The notes under the pieces: model-generated
What the model was told of the DNA's origin: nothing
Databases searched by the model: none
What the model saw: the letters and a program-made list of their open reading frames with translations, nothing else
Part shown: positions 37,790 through 47,962 of the stretch, piece after piece
Layout: each line of letters opens with the position of its first letter
Numbering within the stretch: position 1 is the stretch's first letter
Assembly (NCBI GenBank): GCA_035571935.1
Contig: DATNBL010000015.1
Location: 4,771-68,770, forward strand
Length of the DNA: 64,000 bases
Source of the DNA: Pseudolabrys sp.
GTDB taxonomy: Bacteria; Pseudomonadota; Alphaproteobacteria; Rhizobiales; Xanthobacteraceae
Reading direction: 5' to 3'
Translations under genes and position numbers: made by a program

Positions 37790-38998
37790 GTGACTTCGAC
37801 CATGCCGGCCGCCGCTTCCGCCGCCGATCAGGACGCTTCGCGCAGCCGCGCGCTGATGGCGCTGCTACTGCTCTGGCTCGCGGGCAACGCCCTGCGGCTG
37901 ACGATCCTGGCGGTGCCGCCGGTGATCCCGCTGATCCACGACCAGTTGCGGATGTCGGCGACGCAGATCGGCATCCTCACCGGCCTGCCGTCGATGCTGT
38001 TCGCCGCCGCCGCTGTGCCCGGCTCGCTGATCGTGGCGCGGCTCGGCGTGCGCTGGGCGCTGGTGACCGGCCTCGTCGTGACCGCCGCCGGCGGCGCGCT
38101 GCGCGGGCTGTTCCCGGACATCGGCTGGCTCTACGCCATGACCATCGCCGGCGCGGCCGGCGTCGCCATCATGCAGGTGACGATGCCGTCGGCCGTGCGC
38201 GCCTGGGTGCCGCAGCGCATCGCCTTCGCCACCGCGGTCTATACCAACGGCCTGCTGATCGGCGAGACGCTGCCGGTGGCGTTGACGCTGCCCTTCGTGC
38301 TGCCCTGGGTTGGTTCGTGGCAATGGGGCTTCGTGGTGTGGAGCGCGCCGGTGCTGGCGATCGCGCTGGTGATCGGCGCGCTGGCGCCGCGCGGCGCGGC
38401 GTCAACGGCGCCCGTCGGCCGCCGCTGGTGGCCGGATTGGCGCAACCACCTGGTCTGGCGCCTCGGCATCATGCTCGGCACGATGAACGCCGTCTATTTC
38501 GCCAACAACGCCTTCATCCCCGACTACCTGCGCAGCCAGGGCATGGGCGACTGGATCAGCGCGGCGCTGACCGGGCTCAATGCCGGACAGTTGCCGGCGT
38601 CGGCGCTGCTGCTCGCCTTCGCCAGCCGATTGCAGCTGAAGGCCTGGCCGATCGTCAGCGTCGGCGTGCTGTGCGTCATCGCCACCGCAGGCATCGTCTT
38701 CGGCAACGGCCCCGTGGTGGTCGCGGCGGCAAGCCTCGAGGGCTTCGCGGCGTCCGCGATCCTGATCCTGATTTTGGCGCTGCCGCCGCTGCTCAGCCCG
38801 CCCGACGACGTGCATCGCGTCACCGCGGCGATGTTCACGATCAGCTATAGCTGCGCGGTGATCATCCCGATCATCAGCGGCGCGCTGTGGGATTTGACCG
38901 GCGTGCCGGCCTTTGCCTTCGCGCCGATCGCCGTCGCCGGCTTCCTGCTGGTGCTGCTGGCGCCGGCCATCACCCACGTGCGGCGTCCGGAGATCTAG
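37790..38998 (+). CDS. MFS transporter, CynX/cyanate permease-like
   Basis: About 12 TM; G.ALR...AVPP..P.I, G.LT.LP pattern. Confidence 0.85.
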   Translation: MTSTMPAAASAADQDASRSRALMALLLLWLAGNALRLTILAVPPVIPLIHDQLRMSATQIGILTGLPSMLFAAAAVPGSLIVARLGVRWALVTGLVVTAAGGALRGLFPDIGWLYAMTIAGAAGVAIMQVTMPSAVRAWVPQRIAFATAVYTNGLLIGETLPVALTLPFVLPWVGSWQWGFVVWSAPVLAIALVIGALAPRGAASTAPVGRRWWPDWRNHLVWRLGIMLGTMNAVYFANNAFIPDYLRSQGMGDWISAALTGLNAGQLPASALLLAFASRLQLKAWPIVSVGVLCVIATAGIVFGNGPVVVAAASLEGFAASAILILILALPPLLSPPDDVHRVTAAMFTISYSCAVIIPIISGALWDLTGVPAFAFAPIAVAGFLLVLLAPAITHVRRPEI

Positions 38999-39000
38999 TC

Positions 39001-39399
39001 ATGCGCCCGATTCCGATTGGTGCCACCGGCATCTTCACGCTGCGCGTGATGCCGAACCATCTCGCCAACCAGTTCAAGGACGCGATCCTGCCGCAGGTGT
39101 TCGCCACGCCGATGATGGTCACGATCATGGAGAACGCGGCGCTCAACGCCATCCGCGACTATCTCGAGCCGGGCGAGAGCGCGGTCGGCACCGTCGTCAA
39201 CGTGCGCCATCTCGCCGCGACGCCGGTCGGGCACCAGGTGACGGCGACCGCCACCGTGACCAAGGTCGACGGCCGCCGCATCGAATTCGATGTCAGCGCC
39301 CGCGACGAGACCGAGGAGATCGGCACCGGCACGCACGAGCGCATGCTGGTCGATATCGCGCGGCTGAACAAAAGGCTCGACGCCAAGAAGCGCCCATAA
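39001..39399 (+). CDS. Hotdog-fold thioesterase, FlK (fluoroacetyl-CoA thioesterase)-like
   Basis: VFATP.M...MENAA, VG..V.V.HLAATP.G, G.HER (Thr/Glu/His triad). Confidence 0.88.
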   Translation: MRPIPIGATGIFTLRVMPNHLANQFKDAILPQVFATPMMVTIMENAALNAIRDYLEPGESAVGTVVNVRHLAATPVGHQVTATATVTKVDGRRIEFDVSARDETEEIGTGTHERMLVDIARLNKRLDAKKRP

Positions 39400-39415
39400 G
39401 GCCTCGCCCAAAACA

Positions 39416-39448
39416 AAACCGGCCGCGATGGCGTTTCGCGGCCGGTTT
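39416..39448. terminator. Bidirectional intrinsic terminator
   Basis: AAACCGGCCGCGA-N7-TCGCGGCCGGTTT between convergent genes. Confidence 0.75.
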
Positions 39449-39465
39449 ATCTTGGCGCGGCGCGC

Positions 39466-40419
39466 TCAGCGCGGCGGGATGCGGATCAGGTCGGCAAGCT
39501 GCTCCTTGGTCAGGGGCTTGGCCGTGAACTTCAGGTCGACCGCGTCCTTCACGATCTGGTCGAGGCCGACGATCTTGTCCGGATCGATGGCCGGCCATTT
39601 GAAGAAATCGTCGCGCGTGCGCTTGGCCTTGGCGATCGAGATCTTCAGCCAGTCGGTATAGATATCGAGCGCCTTCGGGTCGTGGTACATGAAGTCGACC
39701 GTCTCGCGGTAGGCGGCCATGTAGCGCTTGACGATGTCCTCGTGCGCCTTGAGGTAATTGGCGTTGACGATGTTGAGGCGGACGGTCTGGCCCTTGAACG
39801 CAGCCGCGTCGTTGCCGGTGGCGATCATGCGGATGTCGCCCTTGTCGAGCTGGTCGAGGCCGAACGGCGGCGCCGCCCAGCCGATGTCGACCTGGCCGGT
39901 CATCACCGCAGTGATGTTGGCGGACGGCCCGCCCATCGCCACCGCCTTGGCCTTGTCGAGCTTGTACTGCTGGATGAAGGCGAGCACGACGCCGTTGGTC
40001 GAGGAGCCGTGCGTCGAATAGGCGATGCTGTGGCCGTTGGCGTCCTGAATCGTCTTGATCGGCGAATCCTTCTTCACATACCAGTAGAGGTCGCCGGCGC
40101 CGGTCGTTTCGGCGCTGATGACGCGCACCGGCGCGCCCTTGGCGTAGGCCGCGAGCACGCCCATGACGCCGGTCGAGCAGCCGATGTCGACGCTGCCGGA
40201 GATCACCGCCTGCTGCGTTTCGCCGGAGCCGTTGGTGTAGACGATGTCGAGGGCAAGCCCGTGCTTCTTGAAGATGCCGGCGCGCTGGCCGATCTCGGAC
40301 ACCGACGTGTCCCAGTTACCGCGCTGGCCGACCGCGAGCTTGAGCGTGTCCTCGGCCGAGGCGGCTTGCGCCGCGCCGATGAGCGCCGCCAGAGCGAGCG
40401 CAATGGTTGCCGTCTTCAT
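39466..40419 (-). CDS. NitT/TauT (NMT1/THI5-like) ABC substrate-binding protein
   Basis: Signal peptide; GIFKKHGL, GETQQAVISGSVDIG, DSPIK. Confidence 0.88.
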   Translation of the reverse strand: MKTATIALALAALIGAAQAASAEDTLKLAVGQRGNWDTSVSEIGQRAGIFKKHGLALDIVYTNGSGETQQAVISGSVDIGCSTGVMGVLAAYAKGAPVRVISAETTGAGDLYWYVKKDSPIKTIQDANGHSIAYSTHGSSTNGVVLAFIQQYKLDKAKAVAMGGPSANITAVMTGQVDIGWAAPPFGLDQLDKGDIRMIATGNDAAAFKGQTVRLNIVNANYLKAHEDIVKRYMAAYRETVDFMYHDPKALDIYTDWLKISIAKAKRTRDDFFKWPAIDPDKIVGLDQIVKDAVDLKFTAKPLTKEQLADLIRIPPR

Positions 40420-40485
40420 GTGTCCTCCCCTTTGTCTTTTTTGAACGCGATGATTGTCAGACTGTAGCGGACTCCCGGCACGGCG

Positions 40486-41790
40486 TCATTCCGCCGCGGT
40501 GATCCGCGCCTCCTGCCCGGCCGTTTCGCTGCCGCCGCCGAGATTACGCCAGTTCACGCTCTTGGGCACCACGCCCTCGAACGACGAGATCGTCGCATGC
40601 GCGATGTGCGGCTCGCCGGCGCCGATCGCCTCGCCGGTATCGCGCATGGCGCGTGCGGCCTCGACCATCAACCGGCGGAAGGCGGCGACGGCGACGTCGC
40701 TCGAGCCGAGCCGTTCGGCCGAGCGGTCGGTGATCGGGCCCATGCCTTCCCACATCGCGATGTCCTGGTTGGGGATGCCGGCGATGCCGGTGAAATTCCC
40801 CGCCCGCATCTGCGCGCGGTCCTGCCGATAGAGGTTCTGCGCATTGCGCGCGCCGTCGAAATTTCCATCGACGTCGACGCCCCATTCCAGCACGTTGAAC
40901 TTGCGCCAGGTCTCGGCGTCGACGCCCGGCTTGTCGGCGCCGTTCCAGGCGATGAAATAGAAGATCGTGGTCTCATCGTCTTCGGGCGTGAGCAGCGTGG
41001 CGACATTGTGCACGTTGTTCGGCGGGATCAGCGCCGTGAATGGCGCGATGTAGACCGTGGTGCGGATGTAATCGTGCGTCGCCTCGTTCTTGATCGGCCG
41101 GCGGATGGCGGCATAACGGAAGCCGTACGACGTGCGCTCGATCTGGAAACGCGGTGCCTTGTCGGTCGACGGCCTGAGCCAGTTGACGTCGGTCGCCTTG
41201 GCGCCATCGACCTGCGCCGGCACCATGTCGGAGGAATGCAGGCTCGAGGAATGCGCGGAATCGATCTGGCCCTCGAGGATCTGCGCCCAATTGCACTTGA
41301 CGCGCACCTTGGTGGCGGAAACGCGCGCGTCCGCCGTCGGCGCAAAGGCCGGCGGCTCGAACTCCCGCACCTCCTCGGCCGGACCCATATAGGTCCACAC
41401 GAAGCCGCCCCACTCGCGCGCCGGATAGGCCTTTTGCTTGATGCGCTCCGGCACGCTCGATCCCGGCGGCTCCGAGGCCATGTCGAGGATGTTGCCTTCG
41501 ACGTCGAATTTCCAGCCGTGGTAGAGGCAGCGCAGGCCGCACTCTTCGTTGCGCGCGAACACCAGCGAGGCGCGGCGGTGCGCGCAGAATTCGTCGAGCA
41601 CGCCGAGACGGCCCTTGGAGTCTCGGAACACGACGAGGTTCTCGCCGAGCAGGCGCACGCGCTTCGGCGCGCCATCGGGCTCGGCCACCTCCTCCGACAG
41701 ACACGCCGCGATCCAGTGCCGGCGCATGATCTGGCCCATCGGCGCCTCGCCTTCGACGCGGCAAAGCAGGTCATTTTCCTCGGGCGTCAT
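40486..41790 (-). CDS. Rieske non-heme iron oxygenase, phthalate 4,5-dioxygenase/LigXa-type
   Basis: CAH...CLYHGW Rieske motif; EGQIDSAH...LH and NQD mononuclear Fe motif; MTPEENDLLCRV...PMG N-terminus. Confidence 0.9.
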   Translation of the reverse strand: MTPEENDLLCRVEGEAPMGQIMRRHWIAACLSEEVAEPDGAPKRVRLLGENLVVFRDSKGRLGVLDEFCAHRRASLVFARNEECGLRCLYHGWKFDVEGNILDMASEPPGSSVPERIKQKAYPAREWGGFVWTYMGPAEEVREFEPPAFAPTADARVSATKVRVKCNWAQILEGQIDSAHSSSLHSSDMVPAQVDGAKATDVNWLRPSTDKAPRFQIERTSYGFRYAAIRRPIKNEATHDYIRTTVYIAPFTALIPPNNVHNVATLLTPEDDETTIFYFIAWNGADKPGVDAETWRKFNVLEWGVDVDGNFDGARNAQNLYRQDRAQMRAGNFTGIAGIPNQDIAMWEGMGPITDRSAERLGSSDVAVAAFRRLMVEAARAMRDTGEAIGAGEPHIAHATISSFEGVVPKSVNWRNLGGGSETAGQEARITAAE

Positions 41791-41841
41791 CGCTGTCCCC
41801 GTCTCCCGCGCGGCTTCTTGTTGTGCCGCCGCGGCTTTTAT

Positions 41842-41855
41842 CTTAGATATCTAAG
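41842..41855. promoter_or_regulatory. Probable MarR operator
   Basis: Perfect 14-bp palindrome CTTAGATATCTAAG in the 112-bp divergent intergenic region. Confidence 0.7.
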
Positions 41856-41902
41856 TCAAGGCTAACGGCACCAGGCTCGCTTGTCGAGCCGGAAGGAAGT
41901 CC

Positions 41903-43084
41903 GTGGAACAGGCGGTTCCCCGCACGCTGCGCCTCGGCGTCGCCGGCCTCGGCCGCGCGTTTTCCGTCATGTTGCCGACGTTCCTGCGCGACGGGCGCGT
42001 GCGGCTCGTCGCCGCCGCCGATCCGCGGCCGGAGGCACGGGCGAGCTTCGCGGCGGAATTCGGCGGCCGGACATACGCGGCCGTCGAAGAACTGTTCGCC
42101 GATGCCGAGGTCGAGGCGGTCTACATCGCCACGCCGCATCAGCACCACGCCGCGCACGCACGCGCCGCAGCGGCGCGCGGCAAGCACCTTCTCATCGAGA
42201 AGCCGATCGCGCTGACGCTCGCCGACGCGCAGGCGATCACCGAGGCCGCGCGCAAGGCGAAGGTGCATCTCATCGTCGGCCACAGCCATTCCTTCGACGC
42301 GCCGATCCTGCGCACGCGGGCGCTGATCGATAGCGGCACCTACGGCGCGGTGCGCATGATCAGCGCGTTCAACTACACCGACTTCCTCTACCGTCCGCGG
42401 CGGCCCGAGGAACTCGACACGGCCCAAGGCGGCGGCGCGCTGTTCAACCAGGCGCCGCATCAGGTCGATATCGTGCGCCTCCTCGGCGGCGGCCGCGTCA
42501 AGAGCGTGCGTGCGCAAGCCGGCGCGTGGGACGCGTCGCGGCCGACCGAAGGCGCCTATTCGGCGCTCATGACGTTCAAGGACGGCGCCTTCGCCTCGCT
42601 CAGCTACAGCGGCTACGGACATTTTGATTCCGACGAATTCCAGGGCTGGATCGGCGAGATGGGACAGGCGAAGCCCGCCAATCCGCGCCGCGAGCGCCGG
42701 CGCTTCGCCGACGCCGCGGCGGAAACCGCGTTCAAGGCCGCGCACATCTATGGCGGCGCGGACTGGACGCCACCTGCCGCGCAGGAACTGGCGCACCAGC
42801 ATTTCGGCACCGTCATCGTCTCCTGCGAGCGCGCGGACCTGCGGCCGTTGCCGAATGGCGTCGTCATCTACGACGATAGCGGCGCGCGTCTCGACGCGCT
42901 GCCGCTGCCCGCCGTGCCGCGCGCCGAGGTGATCGACGAGCTCTATGACGCGATCGTCAACGGCCGCCCGCCGCTGCACGGCGGCGCCTGGGCGACGGCG
43001 ACGCTGGAAGTGTGTTTGGCGATGCTCGCCTCGGCGCGCGAAGGCAAGGAGATCGCGCTGGCGCATCAGGTGGCCGTGCCATGA
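41903..43084 (+). CDS. Gfo/Idh/MocA oxidoreductase, phthalate 4,5-cis-dihydrodiol dehydrogenase-like (OphB/Pht4)
   Basis: GVAGLGRAF, IATPHQHH, IEKP, VGHSHSFD, YTDFLYRPRRPEELDT..GGG. Confidence 0.85.
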   Translation: MEQAVPRTLRLGVAGLGRAFSVMLPTFLRDGRVRLVAAADPRPEARASFAAEFGGRTYAAVEELFADAEVEAVYIATPHQHHAAHARAAAARGKHLLIEKPIALTLADAQAITEAARKAKVHLIVGHSHSFDAPILRTRALIDSGTYGAVRMISAFNYTDFLYRPRRPEELDTAQGGGALFNQAPHQVDIVRLLGGGRVKSVRAQAGAWDASRPTEGAYSALMTFKDGAFASLSYSGYGHFDSDEFQGWIGEMGQAKPANPRRERRRFADAAAETAFKAAHIYGGADWTPPAAQELAHQHFGTVIVSCERADLRPLPNGVVIYDDSGARLDALPLPAVPRAEVIDELYDAIVNGRPPLHGGAWATATLEVCLAMLASAREGKEIALAHQVAVP

Positions 43085-43647
43085 GCGCGCCGAAACGCGA
43101 CGACACGCGCGCGATCCTGCGGCACTGGCGCGAGGCCGTGCCGGACGACCGGCTGGCGCATCTCATCAAGGACGCGGCCCGCGCGCTGGTGCGTTCGCTG
43201 AGCGTGCGGCTCGCCGACCATCAGGTGTCGTTCGGCCATTGGGCCTTCCTGCGCATCCTGTGGGAAGGCGACGGCCTGACCCAGCGCGAACTGAGCGAAC
43301 GCGCCGGCGTCATGGAGCCGACCACCTTCGCCGCGCTGAAGGCGATGGATCGCCTCGGCTTCGTCGCGCGGCGTCAGGTCGGCAAGGACCGCAAGAAAGT
43401 CTACGTCTTCCTCACGCCGAAGGGGCGTGCGCTCAAGGACCGGCTCGTGCCGATTGCCGAGGACGTCAACCGCATCGCGGTCGACGGCGTGCCGGGCGAG
43501 CACATCGCCGTCGCGCGTTCGGTGCTGCTGGCGATCATCGAGAACATGGCGCGCGACGAGGAGCGGCTCGACCGGCCGATGCCCTCGACCCGCGCGATGG
43601 CGCGCATGGTGGAAGCGGCCGGGCGCAGGCGCGGCCGCGCCGGATAG
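43081..43647 (+). CDS. MarR family regulator (OphR-like)
   Basis: HWREAVPDDRLAHL, FLRILW..DGLTQRELS, DRKK..V.LT..GR; ATGA overlap with the upstream gene. Confidence 0.9.
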   Translation: MSAPKRDDTRAILRHWREAVPDDRLAHLIKDAARALVRSLSVRLADHQVSFGHWAFLRILWEGDGLTQRELSERAGVMEPTTFAALKAMDRLGFVARRQVGKDRKKVYVFLTPKGRALKDRLVPIAEDVNRIAVDGVPGEHIAVARSVLLAIIENMARDEERLDRPMPSTRAMARMVEAAGRRRGRAG

Positions 43648-43649
43648 GC

Positions 43650-43666
43650 GGTCCATAATCCGTACC
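43650..43666. promoter_or_regulatory. Candidate HxlR-family operator, copy 1
   Basis: GGTCCATAATCCGTACC (GGT-N11-ACC), 13/17 identical to 44806-44822. Confidence 0.55.
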
Positions 43667-43700
43667 GCGCCCGCCCGGCGCGCCGTGCTAGGCTCACGCC

Positions 43701-44411
43701 ATGACCGGATACGGCCAGTTCTGCTCGATGGCGCGCGCCCACGAAGTGCTGGGCGGGCGCTGGACGCTGCTGATTGTGCGCGAGATCCTGTGCGGCAGCC
43801 GCCGCTTCAACGATATCCGCCGCGGCATTCCGCGCGTGTCCCGCACCGTCCTCTCCGAGCGGTTGCAGGCGCTTCTCGTCGCCGGCGTCATCGCGCGCAG
43901 CGACGGCCCGCATGGGCCGGAATACGCGCTCAGCGAGGCCGGCCAGGAGCTCGCAATGCTGGTGAGTGCCTACGGCACATGGGGGCAGCGCTGGCTCGCG
44001 CGCGAGCCGTCGCATGAAGACCTCGATCTCGAGCCGCTGCTCGTCGACATGCAGCGGCGCGTCGACTTCGACGCGCTGCCGAAAGCGCCGCTTGTGGTGC
44101 GCTTCGAAATCCGAGGCCAGCGCAAAAGATTCATGCTGCTGAAGAAGACCGAAGCCTCGCTCTGCCACCAGAATCCCGGCTTTCCCGAGCCGGTCTGCGT
44201 GCGCGGGCCGCTCGCCGCGCTGGTCGCGTGGTGGCGCGGCGACATGAGCTTTGTCGAGGCGCAGCGCATCGGGCTGACGATCGACGGGCCGAAGGCGGTC
44301 GCGCGCGCCTTCCCGAACTGGTTCGACCTCTATCCCTTCGCCCATATCGGGCCGGCCGGGCGCGTCACGGGCAAAACACCGGCGGCGGCCGGGCGGCGGA
44401 GAGCCTCGTGA
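43701..44411 (+). CDS. HxlR family wHTH regulator with C-terminal SCP2-like domain
   Basis: YGQFC.MARA.EVLG.RWTLLIVRE, RFNDIRRG.P.VS..VLS.RL, Y.L..AG.EL. Confidence 0.9.
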   Translation: MTGYGQFCSMARAHEVLGGRWTLLIVREILCGSRRFNDIRRGIPRVSRTVLSERLQALLVAGVIARSDGPHGPEYALSEAGQELAMLVSAYGTWGQRWLAREPSHEDLDLEPLLVDMQRRVDFDALPKAPLVVRFEIRGQRKRFMLLKKTEASLCHQNPGFPEPVCVRGPLAALVAWWRGDMSFVEAQRIGLTIDGPKAVARAFPNWFDLYPFAHIGPAGRVTGKTPAAAGRRRAS

Positions 44412-44794
44412 CGCTTCGGATCGTCCGTCTCGGCCAGCCCCGGCATCCGCAGGAAGGGCTTCGCCTCGGCACGGTGCGGCGGCCGCCGCGCGGCGTCCGC
44501 AAGGAACGCTACGCCGCGGAGGGCTGGTTCGACATCTGGTATCCCGACCTCGCGCCGAGCGCGGCCCTGATGGCGCGCGGCAAGGCCGCGGCGAGCGACG
44601 CGCAATGGAAGGCCTTCGCGCGCGCCTACAAGGCGGAGATGAACGAGCCGGCGCCGCGACGCACGCTCGATCTCCTGGCGGCGCTGTCGCATGACGCCGA
44701 CTTCTCGGTCGGCTGCTACTGCGAGGACGAGAGCCGCTGCCACCGCTTGCTGCTGCGTGGGCTGTTCAAGGAGCGCGGCGCGTGGATGGCCTGA
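44408..44794 (+). CDS. DUF488 family protein
   Basis: R.GTVRRPPRGV.K, W.P.LAPS, F...Y..EM, GCYCEDE..CHR; GTGA overlap. Confidence 0.85.
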   Translation: MTLRIVRLGQPRHPQEGLRLGTVRRPPRGVRKERYAAEGWFDIWYPDLAPSAALMARGKAAASDAQWKAFARAYKAEMNEPAPRRTLDLLAALSHDADFSVGCYCEDESRCHRLLLRGLFKERGAWMA

Positions 44795-44805
44795 CCTGCG
44801 AAAGC

Positions 44806-44822
44806 GGTCAGGATTCCGTACC
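44806..44822. promoter_or_regulatory. Candidate HxlR-family operator, copy 2
   Basis: GGTCAGGATTCCGTACC upstream of GST-gloB-SDR. Confidence 0.55.
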
Positions 44823-44968
44823 CCACGCCGATCGTCCCGCCGCGTAAGACCCGTCCGCGACGTCAATTCCAAGCGCGCTCCGGCGCGCCGGCCATCGGCC
44901 GCGCGCGAGCCGCGACGACAAATTGCCGTGCGCCGGACACACAACGCGACCACATAAGGACACGGACC

Positions 44969-45601
44969 ATGAAGCTCTACACGTTCACGCCCTCGCCCAA
45001 CGCGCGCAAGGTGACGGCCGTCGTCGCGCATCTGCGCCTGAAGGACATCGAGACCGAGCTGGTCCGATTGCACAAAGGCGAGCATCGCCAGCCCGATTAC
45101 CTGGCAATCAACCCGATGGGCAAGGTGCCGGCGCTGCGCGATGGTGAACTGACGCTGTGGGAGTCGAACGCGATCTGCCAGTACCTCGCCGAGCACGCCG
45201 GCGACCGTTCGTTCTATCCGGCCGATCCGAAGAAGCGCGCCGATATCGCGCGCTGGCTGTTCTGGGAAGCCGGCAGCTGGGGCCCGGTGATCGACGTCTT
45301 CACCCACGAGAACGTGCGCAAGCCGATGCTCGGCATGGGCAGCGCCGACACGGCGCGGCTCGCCGACGCGCAAGAGCGCTTCGCGCCGCTGGCGCGCGTG
45401 CTCGACACGCAGCTCGCCGGCCGCAAGTTCCTGCTCGGCAATGACGTGACCCTCGCCGATTTCATCGTCGGCGGCGCCGCCACCTACGTCGATCGCGGCC
45501 GGATCCCGTTCGACGGCTATCCGAACATCGCGGCCTGGTGGACTCGGCTCAACGCCGTCGAGGCGTGGGGCCGCACGATGCCGGGCCCCGAGCTGCCCTG
45601 A
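44969..45601 (+). CDS. Glutathione S-transferase family protein
   Basis: SPNARKV, INPMGKVP.L, LWESNAI.QYL, TLADF. Confidence 0.93.
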   Translation: MKLYTFTPSPNARKVTAVVAHLRLKDIETELVRLHKGEHRQPDYLAINPMGKVPALRDGELTLWESNAICQYLAEHAGDRSFYPADPKKRADIARWLFWEAGSWGPVIDVFTHENVRKPMLGMGSADTARLADAQERFAPLARVLDTQLAGRKFLLGNDVTLADFIVGGAATYVDRGRIPFDGYPNIAAWWTRLNAVEAWGRTMPGPELP

Positions 45602-45628
45602 TCCGACGCCACGCGCGGGAGACAAGCG

Positions 45629-46450
<822 letters not shown>

Positions 46451-46451
46451 C

Positions 46452-47270
46452 ATGCGCATTGCATTCGAAAGCGCGCTCGTCACCGGGGCCTCGGGCGGCA
46501 TCGGCCGCGCCATCGCGGTCAAGCTGGCGCAGGAAGGCGTGCGCCGGATCGCCATCCACTACCGCTCGCGCCGCGACCGCGCGGAAGAGACGCTGGCCGC
46601 GGTCAAGGCCGCCGGCGGCGACGGAATGCTGCTTGCGGGCGACACGTCCGACGCCACGCGCATGACGGCGCTCGTGGACGAGGCGGCGCAAGGTCTCGGC
46701 GGCTGCGACATCTTCGTGCAGTGCGCCGTGCCGCCGCTGCCCGACATCTACGCGCACACGCTCGCGACCTCCGTGCCGCTCGACAAATGGCAGCTCGGTT
46801 TCGACACGCAGGCGCGCGCCTTTTTCGTCGGCGCGCCGCGCGCGGCGACCTTCATGCGAAAAGGCGGGCGCATCCTCGCCCTCTCCTACCGCACGGGCGC
46901 CATGACCGGCAGCTGGCAGCCCTGGGTCGGCATGGGCTCGGCCAAGGCGGCGCTGGAGAGCATGTGCCGCTACTTCGCGGTCGCGCTGGCGCGCGACGGC
47001 GTCACGGTGAACGCGGTCAGCCCGCTGTGCTCCGACGACACGACATTGTTCGGCCAGTTTCCGCCGGAAGGCCGGCAGGCGGTGAAGGACTGGGCGGCGT
47101 CCGGCTGGGCGCCAATGCGGCGGCTGGCGACGGCGGCCGACGTCGCCAATACCTGCGCGCTCCTTTGCAGCGAGGAGGCCTCCTTCATCACCGGGCAGAG
47201 CATCGCGGTGGACGGCGGCACCTCGCTGATGAGCGCCGACTTCCCGCTCGCCGTGCAACTGCCCGCCTAG
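46452..47270 (+). CDS. SDR oxidoreductase, FabL-like (atypical catalytic motif)
   Basis: LVTGASGGIG, G.AKAALE...RY.AV.L, VNAVSP, FITGQ.I.VDGG. Confidence 0.88.
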   Translation: MRIAFESALVTGASGGIGRAIAVKLAQEGVRRIAIHYRSRRDRAEETLAAVKAAGGDGMLLAGDTSDATRMTALVDEAAQGLGGCDIFVQCAVPPLPDIYAHTLATSVPLDKWQLGFDTQARAFFVGAPRAATFMRKGGRILALSYRTGAMTGSWQPWVGMGSAKAALESMCRYFAVALARDGVTVNAVSPLCSDDTTLFGQFPPEGRQAVKDWAASGWAPMRRLATAADVANTCALLCSEEASFITGQSIAVDGGTSLMSADFPLAVQLPA

Positions 47271-47279
47271 GTGACCGCC

Positions 47280-47435
47280 ATGAACGACATCAAGCAAGGC
47301 CGGTTGCGGCGCGCGTGGAACGCGGTCTGCCGATTCGCCGAGGCGCTGGATTACAACCCCGTCGAGGAGATGGCCGGCCGGCTCGAGCGGTTGGAACGGG
47401 AAATCGCGGCGCTGAAGGACACGCGGCGCGGCTAG
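47280..47435 (+). CDS. Small 51-aa protein with C-terminal coiled coil (absent from ORF track)
   Basis: MNDIKQGRLRRAWNAVCRFAEALDYNPVEEMAGRLERLEREIAALKDTRRG; AGGTGA RBS; fills the SDR-Ehr gap. Confidence 0.55.
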   Translation: MNDIKQGRLRRAWNAVCRFAEALDYNPVEEMAGRLERLEREIAALKDTRRG

Positions 47436-47959
47436 CGTTTCCTGGCGCCCGCGGTTTCGAGCAACGCCACCAGCCCGGCGAGCAGCGCGCGCGGATTGGG
47501 CGGGCAGCCCGGAATGTGCAGGTCGACGGGGATCACGTCGTTGACGCCGCCGGCGACCGCATAGCTGCCGGCGAAGACACCGCCGTCGCGGGCGCAGCCG
47601 CCGACCGCCACCACCCATTTCGGATCGGGCATCGCGTCGTAGGTGCGCAGCAGCGCCTCGCGCATGTTCTTCGTCACCGGGCCGGTGACCGTCAGGACGT
47701 CGGCGTGACGCGGCGAGGCGACGAAACGCAGGCCGAGGCGCTCGAGATCGTAGAAGGCGTTCGCCAACGCGTGCAATTCGAGTTCGCAGCCGTTGCACGA
47801 GCCGGCGTCGACATGGCGGATCGACAGCGAGCGGCCGAGCCGCGCCCGCGCGGCGCGCTCCAGGCTCTGCGCCAGCTCGGCGAGCGCGGCCCGGTCGGGC
47901 GCGGGCGCCGGCTCGGTCAGCGCGCCGGTAGTGAGGCTTTCGAGGAGCGTTCTACGCAT
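47432..47959 (-). CDS. Ehr/Hyf-like small subunit (NuoB/HyfI family)
   Basis: DAGSCNGCE, ASPRHAD, VGGCA, IPGCPP: four Cys for one [4Fe-4S]. Confidence 0.92.
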   Translation of the reverse strand: MRRTLLESLTTGALTEPAPAPDRAALAELAQSLERAARARLGRSLSIRHVDAGSCNGCELELHALANAFYDLERLGLRFVASPRHADVLTVTGPVTKNMREALLRTYDAMPDPKWVVAVGGCARDGGVFAGSYAVAGGVNDVIPVDLHIPGCPPNPRALLAGLVALLETAGARKR

Positions 47960-47962
47960 GGG

